The notes beneath the pieces are model-generated. The model did no database searches and was not told the DNA's origin. It saw nothing but the letters and a program-made list of their open reading frames with translations. Positions 1 through 13,573 of a stretch of 64,000 nucleotides of DNA are shown piece by piece (within the stretch, counting starts at the first letter, position 1; each line of letters opens with the position of its first letter). The position numbers were made by a program, and so were the translations under genes. Source of the stretch: the human T2T-CHM13v2.0 reference genome, Homo sapiens; assembly GCF_009914755.1 (NCBI RefSeq), contig NC_060930.1, one strand, 5' to 3'.

Positions 1-589
1 ATAAGACTATTATTTATAAGACTTGCATATATAAGACTACTAATCTCTCAAAGATATACTCTTAAGTGAAAAAAGCATGATGCAAGACAATATGTATAGG
101 TGCTACTTGTAAAAAGAGGTAAACATACCTGTGTCTGAAGATATATACATATATATATAATTTTGAATATAGCATTTTATGTGAGTGTCTATATTTACAA
201 TATAAATGTCTAGGAGTAGATATACTGTGTCCTGGGTAACATTCATTTGTAAGATACTGTCAAATTTCTTCCATAGAAGTTGTGTTGACTTACCCTCCCA
301 ACAAAGTGAAAAGGAGGTCAGACCACACCTGCTTATGCAGCCCTTACAAGAGAGATTATTGTTTCAACTAGCGTTGTCCCAGATCATCTAAATGGAAGCT
401 CAAGTACTCACAGTGAGGAGGAAGTGATTGAGAATCCTGGATTCTCATAAACTCAGTGACCTTGGTTTATTACAGATTTTCTGGGTAACTACTGGCAGTT
501 TATACACTGGGCTTCATAAATATTCAATATTTAATGGATTTTTAGGGATTAATGGTGTTGAGCTTTGTGTGATTTGAGAGCACGACTCA

Positions 590-1028
<439 letters not shown>

Positions 1029-1034
1029 CTAATT

Positions 1035-1180
1035 CAGTGGTTCTTAAATGTGTGGTCTCTGGAACAATAACATCATTATCACCTGGGAAAAAACGCTAGG
1101 TCTGGGGTCCAGCAATTTGTGCTTTAAAAAGCTCTCCAGGTGATCCTGGTTTATGCTAAAGTTTGGCACTGCTGCTCTAG
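1035..1180. mobile_element. MER5-like hAT-Charlie MITE
   Basis: CAGTGGTTCTTAAA start, TTTAAAAAGCTCTCCAGGTGATCCTG..AAAGTTTG..CTGCTCTAG end, as recalled for MER5. Confidence 0.65.
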
Positions 1181-1337
1181 TTTTGTTTTGCCTCCCCCTC
1201 CCCTTCTAAAACATGGTTAATCTAGATTCTGTGTGATTTGGTAAAATCTTCTCTCTCTCAGGATCCACCTTCCTCTCATCATTCCAACATCAACTGAGGG
1301 TCTATCCTGCCAGGATTAATCCCTCTAACTCCTGCAC

Positions 1338-1894
1338 TGTCGGAGGGCCACAGAGCAGTAATGTGGTGTTAAAGACAGTAGCCAAAGACCACCAGGAACA
1401 AAGCAAAATCAGATTTAATACATAGATGAAGTGACAGGATATTCCAGAGTAACGGAGAAATGCAGTTCAACAAGAGGCTGGAGAGAACTGTCTTTTGTAA
1501 GGTTTGGGTTCCCATTCGAGGATTCTGAGGAATCTCTAAGAGAAGCAGGATCAGTTCTGGATTGCTTGGTGTTTCTGAGGTGGGGTTAGGAGTAGTGGGG
1601 ATTAGCTAGGGATTGGGCGTTGTCACAAGGAGAGAGTGATCTTCGGTATCCCCAGTAGTACATGGATGGGTGTGGCAAAGCGGGTATGCGCACTCGTAAA
1701 AAGGCAGCAATTGCTCAAAGAGGGGACCATTGCGACATTTTACGGCTGCTGCATGATCTTGGAAAACAGTGTTTCCTGTTAACTTTGCATCTGGCTTTAC
1801 CTGTCCTCCCAGCCCCTGGTAACAGCTTTTGGGGTTTTTTTGTTTGTTTGTTTGTTTTCAATTGGAGGAGATTTCCTTTCTTTTCGTGGTGACA
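1338..1894. mobile_element. Probable ancient LTR fragment (family not assigned)
   Basis: TGT...ACA bounded block with LTR-like composition; boundaries approximate. Confidence 0.3.
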
Positions 1895-2000
1895 GGTTTT
1901 CACTCTTCCCAAAACTTAGGAAACTGTTCTCCGGCTCAATGGGGTGGGAAGTTACCCGGAACGCAATTTCTCCTCCTCCGGCCTGAAGTCAGGTTGGCGG

Positions 2001-2075
2001 TAGGATTGCCAGATAAGATACAAAATACCCAATTAAATTTGAATTTCAGATAAAGGAAGAACAACATTTTGCATA
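2001..2075. mobile_element. MER53 (hAT MITE), one half only
   Basis: TAGGATTGCCAGATAAGATAC..CCCAATTAAATTTGAATTTCAGATAAA matches the recalled MER53 first half. Confidence 0.65.
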
Positions 2076-2922
2076 CAAATCAAGCAACACTACCTGGTGA
2101 GGCCGGGCGTCCGTGAGCGGGCTATGGGGCAAAGAGAGAGGCGAGGAGCGCCCCACTTGCCAAAGGAAAAAAAGTTCATTACCCTGCTCCCCTGGCTCCT
2201 GTCCACGTCTGCCTGGCCTTGTAGGGTTGGAGAAACAAACCCTCTTCTGGCAAAGGCAGAGGGGCAAACACTCTTCTGTGATCCAAACAGCTGGGAGTGC
2301 AGAGTCCCTGTCCAGGATACCACCCCTCACTGTATTAAGGTCCAGTGGGGTTGGGTCAGGGCAGTGAGGGGGATGGCAAGAAGTACTGAGAAGCTCTCAA
2401 TCAGCCAGGGGCATAAATGTACTCAAATAACATCTACAACCAAAAGACCAAAAAGTATCTATTCCAGGCTCAGGGCTGCCCACTACAGATGCTGACTCCA
2501 ATATCCCACCCTACCTCCCTGCTCCCTTCTCACCCCCAAAGGTGCTCAGGTGAGCAGCTCCCCACGGGGCTAACATCACACATCAGAAGGGTCGAAGTCC
2601 AGGGACTTCTCATAGGCATCAGAGGCTTGGGTATTCCCTTTGCCCTTCAGAGCTAACCTATTTTTTTGGTGGGGGTGGTCAAAAACAAAAATGCAGATCC
2701 CTCTGCAGTCCGGAAACCAGTTCCTTCTGCAGTACTTCTCTCTGGGAGTGTCTTAGGCTTAGCCATAGTGGTGTGACCCCACCACACACACTGCAAAAGG
2801 ACTGCTAATACCCCCAGCCCATTCCCCAGCCTCACTCATTAATAAGCACTTGCCGCAACCCAGAATCACATCTAGTGAGGAAGTTTCACATGGCTTGGAA
2901 TCCTTTAAAACTGGACAGCAAA

Positions 2923-2973
<51 letters not shown>
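2923..2973. repeat. (CA)n microsatellite
   Basis: Uninterrupted CA run. Confidence 0.98.
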
Positions 2974-4769
2974 ACCTCCCTCCCCACAACCTCTGCCCCA
3001 GGGAGAAGAGGCTGCATGAGAGAAAGAAAAGGCCATATGCATCAGTGGCTGGGTGGCCAGGGCCTTGATGATGGTCTGGGCCTTGAGGGAATGGTGAGGC
3101 AGGGCCTCAGGACAGAGATGACAGGAATTCAACTAGATAGAGTGCTAACCTTCCTGTAGTCACAGACATCAGCTCTAGGGTGTGGTGGGGGTGGGTGTCA
3201 AGTGGCCAACTGGCAGCTCCCTGTGGCCCAGCCTGAAAGGGAGTGGGGGCTGGAGTCAGGTCTATTTCGGTCACAGGGCCTGAGAAGGCCTGCCAAGTTT
3301 GGATGGCTTTGAGTGTGAGAATAGCTGGGCGACAGAGGCAGTGACACAGGTCAGCCTCTCCTTTGCCCATTCTTAGCAAAGGAAGCCACCAATTAAAGAT
3401 GTTATATAAAGAACTACATGTTAAAAAAAGAAAGAAAGAAAAAAGAAATATAAAACCCAAACCAACCAAATTACAGGCCGATGGGCGAATTGTAAGTGGT
3501 AGGGGGGTTAGTTAAACACATTTTGGTGCTTTGGAAGCCCCTCCCATTCCGTGCCTGCACTAGATCTTTTTTTCTAGAAGTGAGAGTGAGAAAATAGAAA
3601 ATCTTTTTGTACATTTTCCTTTTCCTCTTTTTTTTTTTTTTTTTTTTTGGCCTTTCCTTTTCTTTCTCTTTTCTGTGGTCTTGGGTGCTCCCGGCCCCAG
3701 GGCAGGTAGACGGTCAGTTGGCCAGCACCACGGACTGGAACGGTTGACTAGGATATTGCATGGTGTTCAGGTTGTAGCTGAGGTCTTCCATGAAGGGTGC
3801 CTTCTCCAGGAAGAGGCGGTGGCACCACCTCCAAATACCTAGACCATGTAGAAGCTGCTGGCGTTGCAGGTGACAGTCCCACTGCCTCCAAAGAGGGCTC
3901 GGGTGTCACTACCCTGGCCATTGGCCCCATCAAGGAAGAAACTGGGCAAGCCACCACTGTTGTACTTGAGACTGTACGTGGCCTTGGGGCGAGAGCTGGG
4001 ATTGAGAGGCCGGTTGGCTGGGATGAAGTTCAATGAATGCACAGACAGAGAAAGACTCCTGTGTTTCAACAAGCTGTTGGTGTTGAAGCGGGCCGTGGAG
4101 GCTGCTGTACTGGCTGCTGGCCACCTGCTTCACCGCTGGCTGCACCCCTACCACTTGTTGCCCCACCCCTCTTCTTCATCTTAGTGGAGCCTAATTTGGT
4201 GGCAGCAAAGGAGTCCATGGTGAAGGTGATGGGCTGGGCGAGGCAGAGGATGAAGGTGGGGCTGGGTGATGGGCAAAGCATAGCGACGGGGAGTTGGACA
4301 AGGAGCTGTCCTGGCTTCCGAGGAGAAAGAGCATCTGGTCGTCAGGAGTGAAACTGCTCTTGATCTTCATGTCCAGCTCCGGGGCCCCACAGCCGTCACT
4401 GTCATCCAGGTACAGCACTTTCACTGCTCCCTTCTCACCAATCTGGTAGGACACCCCGAAGGGGTCAATCCATATGCTCAGCTCCTCAGGCACATTGGCC
4501 CGCACATCTTCCACTGTCAGGCCACTTCGCTTAGCGGCCAGCTCCCCAACGGGGTCCACCATCTCCTCGGTGTGGAAGCCAGAGCCCTTCAGTGGTTTGT
4601 CAGGGTACCAGTGGGCTTCTTATTTCTTTTTCAGAGGCGCCAGAGCAGCTTGTTGTACAAGTAGAAGATGATGAAGTTCAGGGCTACTTTGATCTCCAGC
4701 TGCATGGTCCTTTCCTAGGCAGAGAATCAGCACAGGGGACGTGCACAGCCTTGGGCTCCAGAAGGCTTC

Positions 4770-5185
4770 CGGTCTCCACCGCGGCTGGGCGCTCTGCCAG
4801 CCTCGGGGCAGCTTCTCCCTCTAGAGTGGCCCTGAGCGCGGGGCGGAGGTCGCTCTCTCTTTTTTCCCCCGGAGCCGCCCGGCCGGGGGCCGAAGTCCTT
4901 TTCGTCGTCGAGGGTTGGGGGAAGCAGGCAGCTATGGTCATGACTCCCAAAAATAATTCCTTCAGCGCTTAGGAGGTTGGGCGGCTGGGGGACGAAGGGC
5001 TGGCGGGCGGCGACCGGGGGGGGGGGGAGAACGGACCGGAAGGTGGCCCGTGGGGGGGGCGGGGGGGAGCGGAAGAAGGACCGGGCTGTGACCGCGGGAC
5101 GGTCCTGTCCTCCTGGCCCTGCGTCTCTCGAGCTGCTGGCTTCTCTCCGCCGACGACCCGCACCTTCCCGCGCCCCGGCCCGAAG
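4770..5185. promoter_or_regulatory. CpG island within the TOB2P1 5'UTR copy
   Basis: Very high GC and CpG density; long G runs at 5016-5068. Confidence 0.7.
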
Positions 5186-5526
5186 TCTATACATTTTTTA
5201 AATGTGCATATTCTTTGACACGGGAATTCTACTTCTAGGAATTTATCCTAGAGACAGACTCACACATATGTAAGATAATACGTGTCTGAAGCTCAGCATT
5301 GTTTATAAATGGAAAGTGATAGGAAATATTAATAGCTTAATTGCTTATCAATAAATGACTGGTGCATAATGAAATAGTATGCAGCTGTCAAAACAGAGAT
5401 GCAGCTCTACATGTATGGCTATAGGAAAATTTTCTACTATTTCTGTAAAATCCCAGGGCAAAATTATATATAAATATTTGCTTCTACATACCTAAAATAT
5501 CTCTGAAAGGCTGTATAAGAAATGAA

Positions 5527-5845
<319 letters not shown>

Positions 5846-6291
5846 ATCAATACCTTTGGCTGTTTCTAGTGGATGAAATTAGGTGACTAGTGGTAGGAAT
5901 AAGTTGTATATTTCTATTTAACAAATTTTTATTTTGAAGATGTTTAAATATGCAAAAAACACAGAAAATAGACTAGTACATGTCCAGGATCCCTTAATCA
6001 CAGTTCTAAAATCCATGAAATTCTAAAAACTCCAAATCTTTCCTCCATAAATTTGGCACTACAATCTATCTGAGGGGAAAACCTGAACTTCTTCATAGCC
6101 TTTATTTAACTCATTTAAAGTGACTAATCATAAATCTCAAAGCAGAAATATTGAGGTGTTTGATATGCTCTGAAACTCTGCTGGAAGTTACATAATGTAC
6201 AGTGTATGCACATTATCTTTCTAAAATAAAAAAAAAACAAAAACCTGAATTTGGAAACACATCTGCTCCCAAAGGTTTATGTATTTTTAAC

Positions 6292-7202
6292 TTAAGGAAA
6301 ATATCACAAGATACAAATTTAGAAAAAGAGAGAAAAGACTTTATTTCTTCTTAAGGGTTACAGCCTGCAAGGTGGCCAGACTACAGGCTGGGAAGCCTTC
6401 CTCTGGCCACATCCAGAGACAGGCACTTTGAAGGAGGAGGGGTTGAGGTAGAAGCTTTATGCTGAATGAGTTGACCAAACATACATATTCAACAGGTTAC
6501 TGAAGGAGCTATGAATATTCAGGAAGGGGTCCTGACACATGCACATTGAACAAACGTGCATGTTACATGTTCACTTTGAAGTAGAGACTTAACATTTGCA
6601 TGTATTACAACTAGGCTCTATACGTCAAATGGTCACTTTAGGACATGAGAGCACAGAAGTGCACAATCTCTGTAAAAGGGCTAGAATGAGTCCATGGTTG
6701 GTCTTATCAGGAGAAAGTTACTAAAATCAGTCTCACGTTCAGTCAAAGCTATAGTTACAGTTAGTGGAACAGGGGTACAGTTTGTCAGCATCTAGTGGAG
6801 CTGCAAATTGTTTGAATATTTCTTATCTCGGGGCAGTGCTTGTTTAGCTGCTAGAGAAAAAGGAAAACCTTGTGGCAGTTAAAACATAGTTTCTTCTTTA
6901 AATGAAAGGAAGCGTGACTTAAACCTTCCTTGGCATGGACTTAGATCCTGCTTATAATTTGGTATCTTATTGCCACAAAGAGCCTATTCTATCAGTCTTA
7001 TGATCTCTACTTTAACTTTAATGCTGGTCAGTTGTGTCTAAACCACACAAAAGAGGAGGGTATAATGAGTCATGTCTGACCTCTCATTCTGTCAGGGCTG
7101 GGAACTCAGTTTTTAAGTTTTTTCTGGTATCACTTTTGCCACAAGGGGTCTGTTTAGTTGGCCAGGGTTGGGTTGGGGATTGGATTTTATTTCTAGTTTA
7201 TG
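6292..7202 (-). mobile_element. ERV1 LTR, MER4-group-like
   Basis: Reverse strand starts TAAACTAGAAATAAAATCC; TTTATT (minus-strand polyA signal) near 6340; typical MER4-group body. Confidence 0.6.
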
Positions 7203-8068
7203 TTACATAACATGTAATGAACATCTATATACTTATCGTTTAGATTTTATAATTGTTCACATTTTGTCATATTTAACTCCCCGCCTTTCTCTCTGCTGAA
7301 GTATTTTAAATTAAATTATAGACATCATGGCATACCATCTTTGAATATTTCAGTACCCATCTCTAAAAAGTAAGAACACTTTCCTGCAGAACTACAATAT
7401 CATTATCACACATAACAAAATTTAAAATATCACAGAGATTTTTCAGTGTATGCCCTTTTGTACCTCTTATATTTTGAATCCTTGGCTATGTAACTTATTC
7501 AATAAGCAATAAAATTTAAAATTAAAAATAAGCTGAATAAGACCTTTAATACTTAAAATTGCCAGAAAGCTATGGGAGCTGCTCCAGGCATCATTAAGGG
7601 ACAGGAAAGGATTTACAAGAACAAGTTGAACTGTCTCAAAAAAAAAAAAAAAAAAAAAGGAAAAGACCAAATCATTTTATTTTAATGCCCACCTAAGTTG
7701 AGGCTGGTGTAAGTGGGGCTTTCAACAAGTCAGTACTGACAGAGCATGGTAGGGATGAAAAGCCAATCCAAATCCCAAAATGTCTACTGCTTTGAAGAAA
7801 AGTTTTGTCCTCTCCATCATGGAAAGAGTTGAATGTAATCAATTTACCATCAGGTGGCTGGCTGTTTCCACTGTGATATTACATCATTTCTAGGGATTAG
7901 GATTGGTTTTGGCTCTTGCAAATTGGATTTCAACAGAAAAGCTTTTGTCTTGTTTTCTGACCCTATGTACAGCCTTCATCATGGCAGCCATGGTCACTAT
8001 GTTCAAAAGTTTCTTGAGCAAATGCTGAGATAGCTGAAAAAAGAGTTGCTGATACCCATAGAGCAGAT

Positions 8069-8655
8069 TGTTAAGCAACAAAACTTGGGTCTGCTTCTCC
8101 AGTGCAGCAAAGTCAAACATTGACACTAGGATTTGCAGTGAGAGAAAGTAAGGCATTTATTGTAGAGCACCAAGCAAGGTTATTGGGCCACTAACACTTA
8201 AGATCTGAACTCTTTGTAAGATGGCTTACAAGCAAGAGTTTTTAAGGCATGGATGAGGGGGTTCTCCAATGTGAGCTAAAGGCTGGAAAATTTCTAGAAC
8301 TTGCTTATCCATCTTCTGATTCCTGTCTGTCAAGGTCTATATGACAGTGATCAACATTTTCCATCTGGTGGGGGTCCTGGTTTCTGAAAAACAACTCAAC
8401 TCAAGGACATATGTCAAATGTTATCTTTAGTTTCTATAAGGAAACAAACATCTCATGACTCTGACTCACTTGGGTGACTATTGTTTATGCTATTATTATC
8501 ATCTTGCTTAGCAGGTTATTAATTTATTTCCCTAGTTGCTGGTTGCAGGGTGCCTGGAATTTCCCTTGAAGGGACTCACAATTTTTCCTTTATTTTCATG
8601 CTTAAGGAGGGATCCCAGTAGGCTATGAAGAGGAGGAGTCCATGTTCTGTTTCAC
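8069..8655 (-). mobile_element. LTR element (ERV1-like)
   Basis: TGTT..AAGTCAAACATTGACACTAGGATTTGCAGTGAGAGAAAGTAAGGCATTTATTG pattern; family not certain. Confidence 0.5.
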
Positions 8656-8814
8656 CATCATCTTGTTCACTTGCTTACTGAAACCCTCTGACACAGTGGG
8701 TTAATGAAGATTCATACAGGACACAAATATTTGTACATTTGATATCCATTCTAAGAGATCTATCCACATACGAGCTAGTTCCATCAATAATCTCTTTGTC
8801 ACCAATCCTCCAAG

Positions 8815-8995
8815 TCCTTCCTTCCTTCCTTTTTCCCTGTCTCCCTCTTTTCCTTTCTTTCTCTCTCTTTCTTTCTTTTCTTTCCTTCTTTCTTTCTTTT
8901 TTCTTTCTTTCATTCTTTCTCTTTCTTTCCTTCCTTCCTTCCTTCTTGCTTGCTTTGTCTTTCTTTCTTTCTTTCTGTCTTCTTTCTTTTTGTTT
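8815..8995. repeat. CT-rich low-complexity tract (CTTT/CCTT)n
   Basis: Polypyrimidine simple repeat. Confidence 0.95.
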
Positions 8996-9963
8996 TATTT
9001 CATCTTAATTTTTTTAGCTTATGGCATAACCCACAGCCGAGTTAGTATCCCAATATGCCTGCTTCTAGATTCAGGTAATCCTTAACCTTTTTGGTTGATT
9101 TTGCAGTCAGTATTTCTTGTCTTTGAGTTGGTGTGGCATTTTCAATATTCAGTACGGATTCCCAGTTATATGTTAAAAATAATCCCTTCTGTCCCAGGAT
9201 ACTCATCAAAGTACTGCTATAGTGGAATCTTCCCGGAAACAGACAAATGAAAGCCAGTCTCTCTCAGGGCTAACCATTGTGAAGTCCAACGTGCTGCCCA
9301 CTTGACTCTGGGCTGGAGCCTGCCTGAGCCCTATAGTTGACCCACTTAGCAAGCACATATAAACCAGTGAGAGACCCTAACCAACTGCCAGTGAGACATT
9401 TAAGAAGTTTCATACAAATATTAAATTGCATTTACTTGTCACAGATGGTCATACAAAATGGAAAAGAATAACATATTTAAACAGTCTATTCAAGTCCAAG
9501 AGAAATTGAGCATTTACTCTCATTTCATAGTTTGTTAGGAAAGTTTGTAATGAGGGATTTGCAAGTGAACATGGTATGGTGGAAAAAGTGATGAGGATTT
9601 TTGAGCAAATTTTCTGCATGTTAGTGCTCTTATTGATTATATACTTATTGGATATTTGAAAGAAAAAGAAGTAAAGCATAAAGCTTGGGTTTATTTAATG
9701 CCCTCAGAAGGCTAGGTTGAGGAAAATAATAAAGAAATTTTCCGAGCTACTACCGTTTTGGAGTTAAAACAGATCATGGAGCCTCCATTAACACACAAGA
9801 TACTTTCTTACTGCTTTAATAAAATAAATGATAAGATTCTGTTAAAACAAACAGAATATAGTTTAATCTACGTGACACCATCATTCTGGTTGGCATAGTA
9901 AAACTGATGAATGACTAACAGTACCTACAATTACGCTCTTTTGTACCAATAAAATTTATTTAA

Positions 9964-10224
9964 GGCTGGGCATGGTGGCTCATGCCTGTACCAGCACTTT
10001 GCCAGGCGGAGGTGGGAGGATCACTTGAGGTCAGGAGTTAGAGACCAGCCTGGCCAACAAAGCGAGACCCTGGTCTCTACCCGCCCCCCCCAAAAAAAAT
10101 GCTGGGCATGGTGGTATGTGACTGTAGTCCCAGCTACTCAGGAGGCTGAGGCAGGATTGCTTGAGCCAGGAGTTGCAGTCTGCAGTGAGCTATGATGGTG
10201 CCACTGCACTCCAGCCTGGGTGAC
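9964..10224 (+). mobile_element. AluJ-like SINE lacking its 3' end and poly(A), 12-bp TSD
   Basis: Alu ends at CCTGGGTGAC; AAATTTATTTAA at 9952-9963 and 10225-10236. Confidence 0.9.
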
Positions 10225-10899
10225 AAATTTATTTAATTGGTTTTGGTTTGATTTTGTATTATTATTACTAAAACTCCAGAAAACTTTTACAGCAAAAAAA
10301 AAAAACAAAAAACAAAAACAAGAAAGAAAGAAAAGGAAAGGAGGATGGGAGAAAGGCAGGAAGGGAGGGAGGAAGGTAGGAAAAGAGGAAGGGAGGGAGG
10401 AAAGAAGGCAAGCACGCAGGCAGATGCCTAAATAAAGAATACATAGGGGCCTGGACAAATAAATTGCTTTATGGACTGTTATGCACCCATACAATAAGTT
10501 AGACTTACATGATGAGTAAAGCTTTTTAGGATACATGAAGTGAAAACGTTAAAATAAGCGGGGGAGAAAAGGCTAAATATAAAATAATGCCATTGTGTGT
10601 GTGAGAGAGGATCACAATGATATACAAATTCCAGGCTAACGGTGACAGTGGCTGCCTCGGGGAGTGGGACTAAGGAGGGGTAGGTGGGGTTTGACATTTT
10701 ACTTTATTAATTTTGGTATTGTCTGAGGGTTTTTAAACCATAAATAATGTATTAATTTTAAAAATGCTTTTAAAAATCATCATTTTCAATAGTTAACGGT
10801 CTATGCTTCATCAACGTTTTCCGTTTAAAACCTGTGTGCGGCCCACACACGTATGACATTCTGATTATGTGATTCACTGCTGAAAAAGAACTGGACGCC

Positions 10900-11260
10900 A
10901 GGAAATTGGGGGTTGAGTCCGAAGCAAGGTGAACGCCGGACATCGAGACATGGAATCCTAGACCGGCCCGGAAGTGCCTCTGCTCCGTCCGCCTTCGAGG
11001 AGAGGTCGGCATCTTTGTTCCCTGCCCGGCCATTGTTCGTGCCGCGCTTCTAGCAACGCCGGGCCGGTAACCCCCTCTCCCTCCTTGCGCGTTCCGGGTC
11101 TCGTGAGTTGGCTGTGGGGACCGGGAATGGAGGCGGGTCAGGGAGGGTGGGGCTGGAAAAGGGGTGTGGAAAGTGAACCTCAGCCGCTGGGAAGTGGGAG
11201 CCGGAGGAGGGGGCGGCGGTCAGTGCCGGGCGGCTTCGGGCGTCCCCTAGACCAGAGTGG
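10900..11260 (+). promoter_or_regulatory. ZSCAN9: ZSCAN9 CpG-island promoter and non-coding exon 1 (donor CCG|GTAACC at 11066)
   Basis: CpG-rich; ETS/GABP motif CCGGAAGTG 10968-10976; first plausible donor upstream of acceptor 12747. Confidence 0.7.
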
Positions 11261-12293
11261 TCATCCCCAGCTGTGGGGACATTGTACAAGAAAGGGTTGT
11301 AGGAGGACTGCGAGGCTGAAGGGTCACCTCGGTGAATAACGACAACAGGCTTAGGACTCAGGGAAAGAAACACCCGGGAGAGGAAGTTAAGGACAATTAA
11401 GACTTTGGCAGCCTTCACGATGGAGAACCTGTATACCCTCTTACCTCTAGATTCTGAAAGCAAATTAAGGGGCGTTGAATGGACTGGTTTTCAAGCGCAG
11501 AATGTAGCAGTTCCCGATTCCCTTTTCCTTAGTTCATTGATTCTCAAACCTTATAATACATACAAATCACTGAGGAGCCCGTTAAAGGGCATATTCTGGG
11601 TCTCCCTGTACTTCTCTCCACCTCCCAATTCAGATTCCCCAGATGTCTGCCATAGGGCCTTTCAAGCTGGAATTCAGCTGCTGCGCTGTGCTTCCTGGCA
11701 TTTTGGAGACACACATTTTGGGAACACCCCCATGGGTTTCAGGGGCTTCCTGCGTCTGTGGAGAAAACTTTTCCCTTGGGCTTCTTTGGCTTCTTAGGAT
11801 TGTCCTCAAAAAGAAGTTGACCTTGGGCAATCTACTTAACTTTCCCTGGCTTCCATTTCTTATCTAGTGAAATAATTATTATAATAAAACCTCAGTGGGT
11901 AATTGTGAGGATGAAATATAGTCTTGTATCTGAAAGCATATTGTAGACTTGTGCAGTGTTGACTGTTATTCTTCAGTAGCAGCAGGGCGGTGTGGAAAGC
12001 TCCAGGACTTGGAATCCACCTAAGCCTTTCTTTCTGTAAATTTAGTGAAAATAATACTAACCTTAAATGGTTGTTTTGAAGATTAAGAAAACTGAAGTAA
12101 ATAGTAAAGTAAATGTTGGTTCGTTCATTTAGTCGACAGTAACAATATTTCCATTTATTCTTTCTCTAAGTTGATGTTTATACAGTGAGTTCAAACTTTT
12201 TATTCAGACTTTCTGAGTGATCGGTGCAGTCCCTAATTCATGGGCTGTTTTCCTCCATGAACTCTGTGAAGCATTATTGCTATTTCTTCTTCA

Positions 12294-12550
<257 letters not shown>

Positions 12551-12820
12551 AACCCATATCTGGGTAACTTAAAAGCTTATGCTCTTAGCACATTATGAAT
12601 ATATATATTTCCATTATTTCCATCCTTTGGTCACCAAATCACTTTTCAGAGAAGAGCTTTAGGGCCTATGATAATTGCTTGTATTATCAGTTTCTGTCAT
12701 CAGCTATTATCATTTTTCTATATAAATAATTTATTTTTACTGCTTAGGCAAGCGCCTCCAAGGTTTGTCTTGAAGCATAGCTCCAGCTGGAGGGTACCTT
12801 TTAAGCTGTTCAAGGTCAAG

Positions 12821-13240
12821 ATGAATACAAACTCAAAGGAGGTTTTATCCCTGGGTGTTCAAGTTCCCGAGGCATGGGAAGAACTTCTGACAATGAAAGT
12901 GGAAGCAAAAAGTCACCTTCAATGGCAGGAATCCAGACTGAAACGCAGTAATCCACTGGCAAGGGAAATCTTCCGAAGGCACTTTCGACAGCTGTGCTAC
13001 CAAGAGACCCCTGGACCAAGGGAGGCTCTTACTCGACTCCAGGAACTTTGCTACCAGTGGTTGAGGCCACATGTGAGCACAAAGGAGCAGATTTTGGATC
13101 TGCTGGTGCTGGAGCAGTTTCTATCCATTCTGCCCAAGGAGCTCCAGGGCTGGGTGAGGGAACACTGTCCAGAGAGTGGAGAAGAGGCTGTGATTTTGCT
13201 GGAGGATCTGGAGAGAGAGCTCGATGAACCACAACATGAG
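12821..13240 (+). CDS. ZSCAN9: ZSCAN9 (ZNF193) coding exon 1: SCAN domain
   Basis: ATG 12821 MNTNSKEVL..; SCAN motif [47 protein letters not shown]; acceptor TTAG|G 12747/12748, donor GAG|GTAGG 13240. Confidence 0.95.
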
Positions 13241-13425
13241 GTAGGAAGGGAGATTTGCTAGAGAAAAATGTGTATTTTGGCATGCCAAGAATCCTTGTCA
13301 CTTCTGCTTTGTGTCTCCTTGACATTGGTGATAAAATACTCTCTTCCTGTTTCCTTCTTTCTTGGAAGTGTTTATTTCAGACAGTTAATTTCTTCAAAAG
13401 TCAAATCTTGTCTTTTTGTCCCCAG

Positions 13426-13573
13426 ATGGTGGCCCACAGACACAGACAAGAAGTCCTCTGTAAAGAGATGGTGCCTCTAGCAGAGCAGACACCACTGACC
13501 CTTCAGTCCCAGCCTAAGGAGCCACAGCTCACATGTGACTCTGCTCAGAAGTGCCATTCTATTGGAGAGACAG
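13426..13573 (+). CDS. ZSCAN9: ZSCAN9 coding exon 2 (148 nt linker)
   Basis: CCCCAG|ATG..ACAG|GTGAGG; MVAHRHRQEVLCKEMVPL; phase fits the flanking exons. Confidence 0.92.

Larger units (their letters stand above)
2080..5185 (-). pseudogene. TOB2P1: TOB2 processed pseudogene (5'UTR, disrupted CDS 4705..3714, 3'UTR)
   Basis: Minus strand from ATG 4705 reads MQLEIKVALNFIIFYLYNKLLWRL* then, across frameshifts, [84 protein letters not shown] (stop 3716..3714): BTG/TOB family, TOB2. GC-rich 5'UTR is joined to the CDS without an intron. The 3' boundary is uncertain. Confidence 0.93.

Noticed and set aside
1662-1892. ORF with ankyrin-like AIAQRGDHCDILRLL
   Set aside because: Single short match in probable LTR sequence, with no splice or repeat context
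3748-5201. Many overlapping ORFs on both strands
   Set aside because: Frameshifted TOB2 fragments and GC-rich antisense frames
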